Notes under the pieces: generated by a model
What the model saw: the letters and a program-made list of their open reading frames with translations, nothing else
Databases searched by the model: none
What the model was told of the DNA's origin: nothing
Part shown: one piece after another, positions 24,331 to 37,170 of the stretch
Layout of the letters: the number at the start of each line of letters is the position of its first letter
How positions within the stretch are numbered: the stretch's first letter is position 1
Translations under genes and position numbers: made by a program
Source: Mobula hypostoma
Taxonomy: Eukaryota
Length of the DNA: 64,000 nucleotides
NCBI RefSeq assembly: GCF_963921235.1
Contig: NC_086097.1
Coordinates: 144,152,001 to 144,216,000 of the forward strand
Direction: 5' to 3'

Positions 24331-26596
24331 ATCTGAAATACATTATTTTTATTTAAGCATCTCCATCAAACGTTCTCTTGAGGGAAGCAACCTCAGCTTT
24401 TTGAATCTATATAATCCTTCATCCTTTGAGCAAATATATTACAATTCCACTGTTCCTTTCTGAAGCTTTCATGCATGTCCTCAGACATTATGTCCAGAAA
24501 TGAGCAGAGTACTCATTTTGAGACAAACTGAAGTTTTTATGTAGATTTATATAAAATCCTGGGTGTTGTACTTCATATTTATGTATAGAAACCCTGAATT
24601 TCATAGGTTTTATGATTTAGTTTTCTAATGCATCAGCATTTTCTAGAACATGGAACAGTTTCAATCATGGCTTTCACTGCCAAAATCCGTTCCAAAGTTG
24701 CTTGAAATTTCCTCTGCATTACCCCATTACAAACCCCCAGAGAGAGCCCATACAGGTTAAATATAAGGTGAAATCTTTTCTAGACTCTGCCATCAAACAT
24801 CCTACTTCTCAGGTCGGAGAATAAAAGTCACTTTAAACAAATTTATTCATACAGCATAATCCTACATTAGATGAGCTATGGATTAAGTATAAATATTCCT
24901 CTGGACAATTTAAAACAATAGAGTGCTGCCATGATGGATGAAATTTTAAATGAATTCTTAGGCAACATTTTGATGGATGAGATGATTCCAAAGCAATGTT
25001 TAAGGAAGCTATTTCTGATGTCTTTGCCTTTGTTTCTACCACAAGTAATATTTACCAGAGAAGATTCTTCTGGTGGCCCAATCAGATTGGGAGCGAGAAA
25101 GGAGAGAACACACTGGTCTGTGAGTGAGATTTACAAAGGAGCATTTGCAGGCATTTGCTGTTTTCCAGCAGCCCAATCAGATAGCGATTCATTAGTAAAG
25201 GCAAAGGCATGGACAAGGGGAATGGCCATTATGGACAAGTGATAGAGTGGGAAAGCTTTGGCTCATCAGGTTTGGGCAAGACAGGTTTAGGTGTGGTATT
25301 TATCTGGTAAATTTCTTCTTATTCATCTTCATTCTTTGTCTGTTAGTACATAGTTAGAGCAGTGAGGATGGCTCCAGGGGCTGTTTTGTGGGCTTTGTGT
25401 GAGATGTGGGAGAACCCCAGCTTCCTGGATAACCACATCTGCACCAGGTACACTGAGCTGAAGCTCAAGGATCTGGAGCTGCAGCTCGATGACCTTCAGC
25501 TAACACGGGAAAATGAGGAGGTGATAGATAGGAGCTAGAGGGAGGCAGTCACCTCCAACTTGCAGGTGGCAGGTACCTGGGTGACTGTCAGGAGAGGGAA
25601 AGGAAATGGGCAGGTAGTAGAGAGTACTCTGGTGGCCTTTCCCCTCAATAATTGGTATACCGCTTATGTATCTCTACGGTATTCTAAAGGGGGAGGGTGA
25701 GCAGCTAGAATCTTGGTACATATTATCAGCATTAACATAGGTAGGAAAAAAGGTGGAGAAGAATTTAGAAAGCTAGGTAAAAAGTTGAAAAGTAGAACCT
25801 CTAAGGTAGTAATCTCTGGGTTGCTGCCTGTGCCATGCCCAGTAAGGGCAAGAGTAGGATGATTTGGCAGATGAATGTATGCTTGAGGAACTGTGCAGAG
25901 AGAATTTGTAGAACTTCTAAGAGGTGGGTTTTTAGAACAGCTTGTGGTTGAGCCTACTAGGGGATCAGCTATTCTAGATTTGGTGTTGTGTAATGAACCA
26001 GATCTGATTAGGGAGCTTAAGGTAAAGGAACCCTAATGAGATTGTGATAGTTAGAATTCACCCTGCAGTTTGAGTGGGAGAAGCCAATGTCAAATCTACT
26101 GGTATTACAGTGGTGTAAAGGGAATTACAGATGCATAAGAGAGGAGCTGGCCAGAGTTGATTGGAAAAGGACAATGGATAGTGTTTCTGTGAGCACTTCA
26201 GAAGGTGTAGGAGAGATACATACCAAATATGAAGGTAAGCTAGCCAGTATTATCAAACAGTATGCTAAATGTTTTTCAAGATATATAAATAATAAAAGAG
26301 TGGTGTGAGTAGGTATCAGGCCATTGTAAAATGACACTGGAGAGGTAGTAATGAGGGACAAGGAAATGGCAGATTAACTGAATAAGTATATTGCATTAGT
26401 TTTTACTGTGGGAGGAGCTAACAGTATGCTGGAAGATCGAGACTGTTGGGGGGCAGAAGTGAGTGCAGTTGCTATTTCTAGGGAGAAGGTGCTTGGAAGC
26501 TGTAAGGTCTGAAGGCAGATAAGACATCTGGACCAGATGGCTATACCCTGGAGTTCTGAAAGAGGTAGCTGAATGAATACGAACATAATTCCGGAA

Positions 26597-26694
26597 ACAA
26601 CACACATCAAAGTTGCTGGTGAACGCAGCAGGCCAAGCAGCATCTATAGGAAGAGGCGCAGTCGACGTTTCAGGCCGAGACCCTTCGTCAGGAC
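26597..26694 (-). mobile_element. Penelope-like terminal-repeat mini-insertion
   Basis: Interrupts the CR1 RT; TSD TTCCGGAA at 26589-26596 and 26695-26702; matches the terminal region of the PLE at 58236-58685. Confidence 0.85.
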
Positions 26695-26695
26695 T
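26660..26695 (-). ncRNA. Minimal type I hammerhead ribozyme motif
   Basis: AGUC-CUGACGA-A-GGGU(CUCG)GCCU-GAAA-C-GUC^GACU: stem I AGUC/GACU, core CUGANGA and GAAA, GUC cleavage triplet, vestigial stem III with palindromic ACGU. Confidence 0.8.
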
Positions 26696-28199
26696 TCCGG
26701 AAGACTGTAAAATTGTGAATGTCACTCCATTCTTCAAAAAGGGAGGGAGGCAGAAGAAAGGAAAATATAGGCTAGTTAGCTTGATATCAGTGGTTGAGAA
26801 GATGCTGGAATCTATTGTTAAATATGAGGTTTTGGGGTACTTGAAGGCACATGATTCTCTTAAGGGGAAATCTTGCCTGACAAATTTATTGGAATCCTTT
26901 GAAGAAATAACAGGCAGGATAGACAAAGGAGAGTTAGTGGATATTGTTTATTTGGACCTTCAGAGGGCCTTTGACAGAGTACTGCATATGAAGCTGCTTA
27001 GCAAGATAACAGCAGATGGTTTTACAGGAAAGATACTCACATATATAGAACATTGGCTGATTGGCAGGAGGCAAAGAGTGGGAATAAATAGAGCTTTCTC
27101 TGACTGGCTGCTGGTCCTGGGGGGTCTGTGTTGGGACTGCTTCGTTTCATGTTATATGTTAATGATTTGCATGATGGAAATGTTGGCTTTGTGGACATGT
27201 TTGCAGATGATACAAAGAAAGATGACGGGACAGGTAGCGTTGAGGAAGCAGGAGGGTTGCAGAAGGACTTAGACAGATTAGGGGAATGGTCAAAGATGGA
27301 ACAGTGTCAGGAAGTATATGGTCATGCACTTTGGTAGAAGGAATAAAAGAATATTTTCTAAATGGGGAGAAAATTCACAAACTTGAGGTGCAAAGGGACT
27401 CGAGAGTCCTTGTGCAGGATTCCCTAAAGGCTAACATGCTGGTTGAGTTGGTGGTGAAGAAAGCAAATGCAATGTTATCATTCATTTTGAATAAAGGACT
27501 AGAATATAAAAGCAAGGATGTAATGCTTTATAAGGCATTGGTGAAGACTCACTTGGAGTATTGTGTGCAGTTCTCTTATCTAAGAAAAGATGTGATAACA
27601 TTGGAGAGGGTTCAAAGAAAGTTCACAAATATGATTTCAGGACTGAAAGACTTGCAATATTACGAGTGTTTGATGGCTTTGGGTCTGTACTTGCTGGAAT
27701 TTAGAATAAAGATGGGGGATCTCATTGAAACCTATTGACTATTGAAAGGACTCGATAGAGTGGTTAGAGTGGACGTGGAGATGATGTTTCCTTTGGTGGG
27801 GGAGTCTAGGACCAGATGGCGCAATCTTAGAATGGATGGACGTTAATGTAGACTGGAGAGGAGGAAAAATTTCTTTAGCCAGAGGGTGGTGAATTTATGG
27901 AATTCGTTGTCACTGGTGGCTATGGAGGCCAGGCCATTTGGTGTATTTAAGATGGGAGATTGATAGATTCTTGATAAGTCAGGGTGTGAAAGGTTACAGG
28001 AAGGAGGCTGGAGAATTGGGTTGAGAAGGAAATGGATCTGCCATGATCAAATGGCGGAGCATACTTGATGGGCCAAATGGCCTAATTCTTCTCCTCTGTC
28101 TTTGGTCTTATTGTCGAAGATGAGCTACTTTCAAGATATAGGGTCTCTGTTATAATTTGGTGAAAAGACCAGTCTGTTTATAAAAGGATCTACAGTTTG

Positions 28200-28530
28200 C
28201 ACATGTCAGAAGTCTGAAGGAATACTTGCCACTTGGTTGAATCAGTGAGGCTCCAATCGCATCCAAGAAACTGAACACCGTTCAGGCTAAAGCAATTCAA
28301 TCACTTTGACATTTCCTTCCTTCACAGCAAGTTATTGTGACTGCAGCATTTATCATCTACAATAGACACATTACTAATTTACCAACTTCTTTGGTAACCT
28401 CCAAACATTCCAACTTGAAGAACACAGGCAGCAAGGCATATAGCTCCAATTCATATACCACTCTGATTTGAAATTTTATAACTTTTTTTCATTCCTTCAA
28501 AAATCTGAGATTCCTTACCAAACAGCACTG
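28200..28530 (+). mobile_element. Old LINE ORF2 C-terminal remnant (clade uncertain)
   Basis: VRSLKEYLPLG..KKLNTVQAKA-like translation; a related minus-strand remnant is at 58180-59220. Confidence 0.5.
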
Positions 28531-29287
28531 GGGTTAAGAACAATTAACTGAAGATCTCAAATACCAAGGATCACACTGGACTACATGTTGATAGTTCTAT
28601 GTGGAACTGCCAGCATTTGCTCTTGTAAATGCCAGTAGTTTTGGGTATTCAGCACAAGTGCAGAAGAACTGAACTTGCTGGCTGAGTTCAGCAGACTGTT
28701 CCCTGGCTAAACTCTATTGTTGAACTCTGCATTATGTCCAGCAGTGGAGCTTCAACTTGTTAAATTCCCCAGTACGATTGTTGGCAAAGCTGCTCACAGA
28801 ACTTGTTCCAGTTTAGACCTGGCTTGGAATTCACAAATGCATTCATTTGAACAGAGAAGAATGGCTCGGAGGATGTTAATAAGATCAGTTTGTTTTAATT
28901 AGTAGTTTGCTTTCATTTTTTTTTAAATTTAAAATGCATAATTGCAGGATGTTGGAATTTTGGGTCCAGATTTATCTCTAAGCAAGTTCCCATCACCAGA
29001 TCTGCAAAAGGTAAATTTGAAGCTGTTGTATATCTCTGAGGCAATTGTGGGTATCCAGCTCTGCCCTGCATTAGAAAAACAACAATGGTTTAAAATTGCA
29101 TATAATTAAGCATCACAGTTTCCAAGACAAAAAAAATGGTGCAATTTTGGCGCGAATTCAGTTGGGGATAGGCATTAAATGCTGAGCTTAACAGTAATGG
29201 AAATGTTTTTTCACTTTATGTCTCCTATTTCTTGAAAAAGAGATAGTGGTAAAAACAGTAATACTGGTACTGCCTATGTACTAATGG

Positions 29288-31105
29288 TCAAAGTTTGAAG
29301 TAAAGTTATTATCAATGTACATACAATGTATGTCACCATATACAACCCTGAGATTCATTTTCTTGCAGGAATCATAATAAATACAAGAAACACAATGGAA
29401 TCAATGAAAGACCACACCCAACAGGGTGGACAACAACCAATGAGCAAAAAAAAACACAAACTGAGCAAATATAAGAAGAATGAGAAAAAAAGAAATAACA
29501 ATAATAATAATGAATAGATAAATAAGCAATAAATATCAAAAACACAAGAGTCCTTGAAAGTGAGTCCAGTTCACTGGGAACAGTGCAATGATGGGGTAAT
29601 GTGGCTGATGGTTGAGGGGTAATAACTGTTCCTGAACCTGGTGGTGTGGGTCCTGAGACTCCTGCACCTTCTTCCTGATGGCAGCAGCGAGGAGAAAATA
29701 GCCTTGATGATGGATGCTGCTTTCCTGCGATAGCAATCCGTATAGGGGTGCTTAATGGTGGGGAGGGCTTTACCTTGCAGGACTGGGCCATATCCATTAC
29801 TTTTTTTAGGATTTTCTGTGCAAGGGCATTGGTGTTTCATACCAGGCCAAGATACAATCAGTCAATATACTCTCCACTACATATTTATAGAATTTCCTCA
29901 AAGTTTTATATGACATACCGATTCTGAGAAACTTCTAAGAAAGTAAAGGCTTTGAAGTGCTTTCGTCATAAAGGCATTTCTATTCTAGACCTCGGTTGAG
30001 AGTGTGCTGACCTTTTGCATCACAACCTGGTACTCCAGTTGCAGTGCTGTCGACAAAAAAGCCTTGCAGAGGGTGGTTAGGGGAGCAGAGAAGGTCTCAG
30101 AGTCGATGCCTCCAGAAGACACGGTACATCATTAAAGACCCCTCACACCCTCCGCATGAACCGTTTGTTCTTCTGCCATCAGGCAAATGTTACAGGAGCA
30201 TCAAAACTAAAACCACGAAGCTACTAAACAGCTTCCTCCCACAGGCAGTCAGACTACTAAATAGCTGCTCTACCTGACTCTGCTTTGGACATTTTTAACT
30301 TGCACTGGACACTTATAACTTGATTTTAACTGACATGTGTCTGTTGTGTTTTACTATTTATTGTTATGTTTATTATTTAGTGTTGCGTTTGTTATGTTAT
30401 GATTGCACTGCTCCTGGGAAACGCTGTCTCATTCTGCCCTGCAGAGCTGATGTATGGTTAGTTTTTTTTGAATCTTTGGCAGATCCCCTGAATGATAACA
30501 ACGAGTAATTCAAAGCTGCTGATCCTCTCCACCTCTGATGCCCATGGACCTCCAGTTTCCTCCTCCTGAGGTCAATAATCAGCTCCTTGCTCTTGCTGAC
30601 ATTGCATAAGAGGTTGTTGTTATGGTACCACCCAGCCAGATTTTCAATCTCCCTCCTATATGCTGATTTGTCACCACATTTGATTCAGCCTGCTGCAGTG
30701 GTGTCATCAGCAAACTTGAATATGGCACTGGAGCTGTGCTTAGCCACACAGTCATAAGTGTAAAGTGAGTAGAGTAGGGGCTAAGCACACAGCCTTGTGG
30801 TGCACCTGTGACAAAGGACATATTGTTGTCAATCCAAAATGACTGGGGTTTGCAAGTGAAGAAATCGAGGATCCAGTTGCACAAGGACGTATTGGGGGCT
30901 AGGGTCTAAAGTTTATTGATTAGTTTTGAGGGACGATAGTATTGAGTGTCGAGCTGTTGTCAATGAAGTATGCATCTTTGCTTCCCAGATGTTCCAGGAT
31001 TGAGTGAAGAGCCAACGAAATTGCATCTGCTTTTGACCTGTTGTGACAGTAACCAAATTGGAGAGCATCCAAGTCGTTTCTCAGGCCAGATTTAATATGT
31101 TTCAA
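29288..31105 (-). mobile_element. Rex1/Babar-type LINE, degenerate, with a nested opposite-strand Rex fragment
   Basis: [51 protein letters not shown]. Confidence 0.88.
29985..30460 (+). mobile_element. Rex1-type 3' fragment nested in another Rex
   Basis: IIKDPSHPPHEPFVLLPSGKCYRSIKTKTTKLLNSFLPQAVRLLN. Confidence 0.85.
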
Positions 31106-31384
31106 AGGTGTCAGGATAGGCTATTTCTTGTTTGCTAATCATGGCATTCAATACAGCTAGTGTTTTTTTCCCTTAATATCTCCTTTTGGCGATATGTAAA
31201 CTGCGGTCAGGATTACAGAGGAGAATTCTTTTGGTATGTGGAACAGTTGGCACTTAATCATCAGATGTTCTAAGTCTTGGGATCAAGAGTTGGACAAGAC
31301 CAGACAATGTGCAACCTCTGCAAGAGACAGTGTAAACGTTTTCTTCTTCATTCAGTAAGGTTACATTTATGAATCCTCCACTAT

Positions 31385-31712
31385 TAACAGCTGGGTGGCA
31401 GGGTGGAGATTCAACTCTGCCAAAGGAGGTGTAAGGCACTTCTCTCTGCTAGCCTGCAGGTCATCCTTGGTCAAGGCGTAACACTTGCTTAGCCCCCCGA
31501 TCAGGGTCATATGGAGCCATTGGAGCAGGTGGTGGATGATCATGTGAGCAGCTGGTACGAAGTCCTGGCTATGCAACTACTGATGCCAGGCAAACAATCT
31601 CTGAAGAGTATTGATAATGGCTGGGGTCACCCATCTTCTAAAAACACTGCTCAGAGGAAGGTAATGGCAAACCACTTCTGTGGAAAAATTTGCCAAGAAC
31701 AACTATGATCAC
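31385..31712 (+). mobile_element. SINE-like element with an RTE-related 3' segment
   Basis: Contains GGAAGGTAATGGCAAACCACTTCTG...TTGCCAAGA, resembling the motif shared by RTE/BovB-dependent SINEs. Confidence 0.55.
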
Positions 31713-32463
31713 ATTCAATGGATTATCTTCTGTGATTTCAACCATCTCCAATGAGTTCCCAACATAAGACCCCGACCCTTTTAGTATTCTGAAGGGACTG
31801 TTCCACTAGTGGTAACTTGGTTTGCTTTTCCAAATCCATTAATCCCTCTCTTTCTCACAGCACATCACATGCAAATGCTGGATATGTAAAACCTTTCTTT
31901 TGCCTTGTCCCTTCTTATCATGGCCCCTAGAATCCTTCTAGGTGAAGCTTGCATTTCTCCCAATCTAGTATAAAATATTTTTTTTCGCCAACAAGGTCTG
32001 GAAAGTGCTCTTTTTGAGCTTTATGCTGAACAGCTGAAGAACACAGGACTCTGCATTCTATGGGTTATTGCAAGAGACATATACTAGGACAAATATTGGC
32101 TATTGTTGGTAGAAGAGCAACTTGCTGGAAGATGCGCTCCAGCCTGTCTGAAGCTTCTTATAATGTTTGGCTGCAGTCAAATGTCGCCAATTACTACTTT
32201 CAATGTGCAGAATTATGGGGTGAGGCACACAAAAAGCTTGGTGCTGCAACAACAAATTCTCTTTAGAGAAAGACTGCTGGATAGGGACCTCCCATCATTG
32301 AACACTGAGGGGCAGGACCCTGTGTAATTAATTATTTCACTCTTGGAATGTTTGAGGATTAAACATTAATGACAGGTCAATATATTGTAAGCAAATATAG
32401 GAATATGGTTTAAAGAATGAGAGACCATGCTATGTCTCCATTGTATAACCGTAAATTTTACAA

Positions 32464-32572
32464 GTCCTCAAGAAGGGTCTCGGGTCAAAACATGAATGTT
32501 GCCTGGCCTGCTGAGTTCTTTCAACATTTTGTGTAGGTTGCTTTGGATTTCTAGTATCTGCACAATTTCTTG
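32464..32572 (+). mobile_element. Penelope-like terminal-repeat mini-insertion, decayed hammerhead
   Basis: TSD ATTTTACAA at 32455-32463 and 32573-32581; begins GTCCTCAAGAAGGGTCTCGGGTCAAAAC. Confidence 0.75.
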
Positions 32573-32884
32573 ATTTTACAAATAAATTAGGTTTATAGCA
32601 GGGGGGAATATGTTCTCACTACTGCCACTATGGTTCATCAGTCAGTGGCCACTGGAGGAGCCTCATATAGAAATTGGAAAACAAAAACACATGAATAACA
32701 GGCTCTTGGAGAATTCACAATAATGACTTATCAAAATTTATGCGAATTGATCTTCTTCCTTCAGTATTAATTAGAGTACAGATGCAAGATAAGAGATATT
32801 TTTGAGAGATAACTTTACACAAAGGGTAGTGAGTACTTGGAAAGAGCTCACAGACAAAGTGGTCAATTCAGGGTCAACTGCGAT

Positions 32885-34175
32885 CGTCGTGGCTATCCCT
32901 CGAGGTCGAGGATGATGGTCTTCGTTCTGTTGATCTACTTACGGGCTAACAAATGGTTTATGAGTCCAATCTTGGCTCTGAAAGTTCTTCCGCATTCAGA
33001 ACAGGTAGTTCCAGATGGCAGATCGGGCTTTGGTTGTTGCTGCCTCTCTTTCCATTTTCTTCTCTTTTCTTCTAATTCTGCACATCTGTTGGCTTTGAAA
33101 GTTGCTGTTCCTTCTCGGATTATGGCTTGCCAGAGTTTTCTGTCCTTGGCATTGGTTTCCCAACTGTTGATGTCGATGTTACATTTCTTCATGTTGGCTT
33201 TTAAGGCGTCTTTGAATCTCTTCTGTTGTCCGCCTCTTTTATGTTTGCCTTCTTTAAACTGGGAGTAGAAGATTTGTTTCAGCAGACGTTTGTCTTTCAT
33301 CTGAACAACATGACCGCTCCATCTTAGTTGGTTCTTGATGAGGTAGGCTTCAATGCTTGTTGTTTTTGCTTCATTTAGCACACTGACGCTGGTTCTTCTA
33401 TCTTCCCAGCGGATATTTTAGATGTTTTGAAGACAGCATTGATGGAACTTTTGAAGGGCCTTCAGATGTCATCGGTATGTTGTCCAGGTTTCTGATGCAT
33501 ACAGGAGCGTTGGGATCACCACTGCTTTGTACACTAACATTTTGGTGTCTGTTCGGATGTAACGATCATGAAAGACTCTTGTTCAGAGACATCCAAAAGT
33601 TGTTGCAGCGCATTTAAGATGATGTTGGATCTTGTCATTAAGGTTGACCTTGGAGGAGAGGTGACTTCCAAGATACAGAAAGTGGTCCATGTTTTCCAGG
33701 GTTGTTTCGCCAAGTTGAATTGATGGTTCTATCCAATTTGTCTCAATGGGTGGCGGTTGATAGATGATCTGAGTCTTCTTGGAATGGGTGGTAAGTCCAA
33801 GTTTTCGTGTATGCACGGTTGAAGGCAGTCAGAATCTGTTGTAGGTGGTTTTCTGAAAGAGCTGCAACACTGTTGTCATCTGTGTATTGGAACTCGATGA
33901 GGGAACTCATGGATGTCTTCGTTTTGGACTTGAGATGGGCAAGCTTGAAAAGTCTGCCATCTGTTCTGTAGACAATTTCAATTCATGGGGGTGGGTCGTC
34001 CTTGATAATGTGGACGATTGTTGCAATGAAGATGGTGAACAAAGTTGGGGCAATCACGCATCCCTGTTTTACTCCTGATCTAACTTGAAAAGGCTCACAG
34101 TTACTGTTGCTGACCATGACTGAGGCAAGCATGCCATCGTGGAGGAGTCTCAGGATTTGAATGCAGGCAATGTGA
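32885..34175 (-). mobile_element. RTE-clade LINE, 5'-truncated, inserted in a CR1 3' end
   Basis: GVKQGCVIAPTLF, YLGSHLS, QLRWSGHV, GGQQKRFKDALK, C-terminal CSECGRTFRAKIGLINH; 10-bp TSD CAACTGCGAT at 32875-32884 and 34176-34185. Confidence 0.93.
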
Positions 34176-35014
34176 CAACTGCGATACTTAAAATGCATTT
34201 GGATAGGTTTATGGAGAGGAGCGGCTCAGATTAGTATTGGCTGTACGAGGGCGACTGGGACTAGCAGAGAAGATGCTGTGGTTAGCATGGACCAGTTGGG
34301 CAGTCAGTGGCAACGTGGAAATTATGATTAGTCTTGATCTTCATTCTTAGTTGCAGATTCTGGAAGTTTAGGTTTATTGCTCATCTCCAGTTGCCAATGA
34401 GAGTGAAGAAGAATGTCCTTTTGACTTGATGCACTTGGAAGTGAAGGAATATTGATGTTGATATCCTGGGGCTACTTTGGCATAGTGAGAGAGCAAGCAC
34501 ACAGGGAAATGAAAGTACATCTCCAAGTGAGAAGAAGATGTTAACACAATCCATCTAATATTTTATCAAAGAAATAAGCTTTAGCAAGTGACTTACAGGA
34601 GTAGAGAAGTTCGTACGGCAAAGAGATTTAGAAAGAGAATTGTAGAACTCAGGGCCTGGATGACTGAAGCAAACACAGGGTTAATAATATGTCAGATGTG
34701 CAAATGTCCTACATTGGAAAACTACAACATTATTAGAAGTTTTTTTTTAGTATGGAAGTGGTTACAGAAATAGGGGAGGTGTATCTGTGGATGTATTTGC
34801 ATATAAGGGAAGTGAATTGAAAAAGATTAAAATCTGTAACCATTAAAGTACTGAATTTAGGATGATTTAGCTGAAAAGTACCAAGTGACCTTCTCTTTGT
34901 AAGTGGTACCGGTTGAAGCTACTTCCTTGTCATGTGCATGATATTTTCATTCATTTGCTGCAAGTAGACAGTGCAGGCATTGCTTCAGTGTTGGATATTA
35001 GTGCAAGAGCTTAG

Positions 35015-35845
35015 GAGAACGATGGCACCTAATGGCAACTCTTTTGCTTGCATCTTCGGAAGTAGCTTTATTTCTATCTTTGACATCTCCATTTTTCCTT
35101 TTCAAGGTTCTTTTGAAGACCCTGACCTGGAGTTACATGCTGACTTCGGTTCTTTGCGGAAATGGGACCTGCTCTCGGGGCCTCACGACTGGCCGCTTTC
35201 CAATATGCTGAGGACGCGACCCAGAAGACTAGCCCGCCTTCAGGGTACCAGATTTTCATGGAACTGGAGGCGAGTGGATTCAAGTCTAGTGCCGCCACTC
35301 ACCACCTGATGCATTGTGGGAAACGGAAGATCGAAAGCAGCGACCTGGATGCTGGCTGTGTGTCCAGAGACCCGAGTTCTTTGGGCACAGAGCTCGGAAG
35401 AAGCGACGCAACAGACTTTGAACATCGTAAATCAGTAGGTTGCTTTGTTATGTCTCCCCTCTCGCTGTGAAACAGAGACACTTCTTTTTCCCTTGTTAGG
35501 GAGAGAGAGAGCCTGTGGTATGTCGAACACCAGGTGAATGAGTAGTCTTTGGGATACTGCAAAGTCTGTGTCTTTATTGATGCCTTGCTGCACGCTTCAG
35601 TTCTCGGGGGGGGGTGGTTGCTGATACTTTTTTGCTGGTGAGGGAGGGGGGTGTTCGTTGCTTTGCTGCTGCTTATGCGTGGGAGGGTGGAGCTGGGGGG
35701 GCTTTAGGGTTCTATCATTTAACTGTCATTTTTCCTTTGGGGTACTCCTCTGTTTTCGTGGATGTTTGCGAAGAAGAAGAATTTGAGGATGTATACTGTA
35801 TACATTTCTCTGACATTAAATGCACCTATTGAAACCTATTGAATT
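35015..35845 (+). mobile_element. Non-coding retroposon with a Rex-like 3' tail
   Basis: CpG-rich block with no coding homology; 3' end GAAGAATTTGAGGATGTATACTGTATACAT..ATTAAA..(ACCTATTGAA)2 resembles the tails at 12940-13018 and 42150-42235. Confidence 0.6.
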
Positions 35846-36229
35846 CAATGTCATTCAGTGATAAAAATGCAGTAAACTGTATGAAGTAAAGGTTCTTCAG
35901 TGTCTTTGCAGCTGCAATTTTAAAGTTGAGCAGAGAATATTCTTATTTGTCTTATGTTGGACAGAACATCCCTTACAAAACTGTCTTATAGATGATGGGC
36001 AACAGAGTAAGCAAGCAATTGAGAGCCTCGCTGTAGCATTTTCAATTATGATATCTCCTGCACTCAGAGTAATTAAATGTATGATCATTGCACAGTATAG
36101 AAGATTTTTACTATTACTGCTTTCAAAAATCTTAGCCCCAGAATCCACTCTTTCTTGTGCAGATCGAAGTAGTAGCTTAATCCTGGAGGATATATTATAG
36201 ATACACCCTCTCCTTGCTATCCTCTTTCA

Positions 36230-37170
36230 CCCCACCAGTCTTCACATTCAATAGATTATCATCCAAGATTTGCACCATCTGCAATGAGATTCCAACACAG
36301 GATATAGCTTCCTCTCTCCACTCAACATTCTAAAGAGCCTGTTCAATTGGTGGTATCTTGATTTGTTCCTACATCTTCAATCTCATCACTTCCCTTCACA
36401 TGACACATCACCATTGGATATGCAAAACCTGCCTTTTACCTTGTCCCTTTTTATCAGCCATGTACCCAACAATCCTTCACTTACATTTCTCCCAGTCCTG
36501 TGTTGTGTATTTAATATTTCAATAATATTTGAGTAATCCTGTATATATGTTGGTTGTTTAAGCATTCTTGTTGATTTAAAAAATTAATTACAGGTTATAT
36601 GTAAAATACATTAATTACATACGTCATCATGCTACCACGTGACACGTGCATGCCTCGCTTAAAGTAAAGTTAGACCTGCATTTTTAGACTCCCATGTCTT
36701 TTTTTGAATTAGTTTAATATTTTGAAGTTACAAAGCATAACAATCTGCTGCTCACAATGCAACTGCCTCCACTTTGAAGACCCCAAGCTATAAAAAAAAC
36801 CCTGGCCAACCTCTGAACACCTCTGTTCAATTTGCAATGGTGAGTTTGAGGTTTCAGTTACCTGCCAATTTAAGTTTCCTTCTCATTCCCACTCTGACCT
36901 GTCTGACGAATTCTGCTATGTTCCTAAAAGGCAAAATAAAAGCTGAAGGAACAAGACCTCATGTTCAGTATAGGTATAGTGTGGTCCTTGGAAATCAATT
37001 CTGTGTTCAACTATTCCAGAAAACCAATTCCTTGTTGTGTCAGGACTGACTATTTCTGAAGTAAGGTCACCCTCCTATAAAAAAATCTTAGTTTTTCTCT
37101 TTATAATGTACTCTTGGATCTGTTGGGTATTTGCAGCATTCTCTTTTGTCTCAGATTTCCAGCAATCACT
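36230..37170 (+). mobile_element. Highly decayed Penelope-like remnant hosting a solo LTR
   Basis: Patchy similarity to the PLE at 54150-55092 and to its terminal repeat (TCAGATTTCCAGCA). Confidence 0.45.
36501..36742 (+). mobile_element. Solo LTR (242 bp), same family as 2827-3068
   Basis: TGTTGTGTAT...GTTACAAAGCATAACA; shared internal blocks ATTACAGG, TATATGTAAAA, GTCATCATGCTACC. Confidence 0.82.

Larger units (their letters stand above)
25150..28115 (+). mobile_element. CR1 LINE retaining ORF1 remnants, internally deleted
   Basis: ORF1-like pieces (CEMWE, HICTR, ELQLDDL, WVTVRRGK, SKVVISGLLPVP); APE end (ILDLVLCNEP); RT ORFs 26613-27738 (YLDLQRAFD, FADDTK); 3' UTR to ~28115. The 5' boundary is uncertain. 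Confidence 0.88.

Noticed and set aside
26613..27272. 219-aa ORF with a novel N-terminus (MLVNAAGQAAS..), also seen at 37790 and 51285
   Set aside because: The N-terminus is a chance translation of the antisense PLE terminal repeat, fused to a dead CR1 RT.
28970..29010. 41-nt micro-exon candidate (AG|ATTTATC...CAAAAG|GTAAAT)
   Set aside because: Weak polypyrimidine tract, unrecognised peptide, no supporting neighbouring exons.
31385..31640. Possible HDV-like ribozyme at the head of the RTE-related SINE (GGGTGGC can pair with GTCACCC)
   Set aside because: Could not build P2/P3/P1.1/P4 in the required order.
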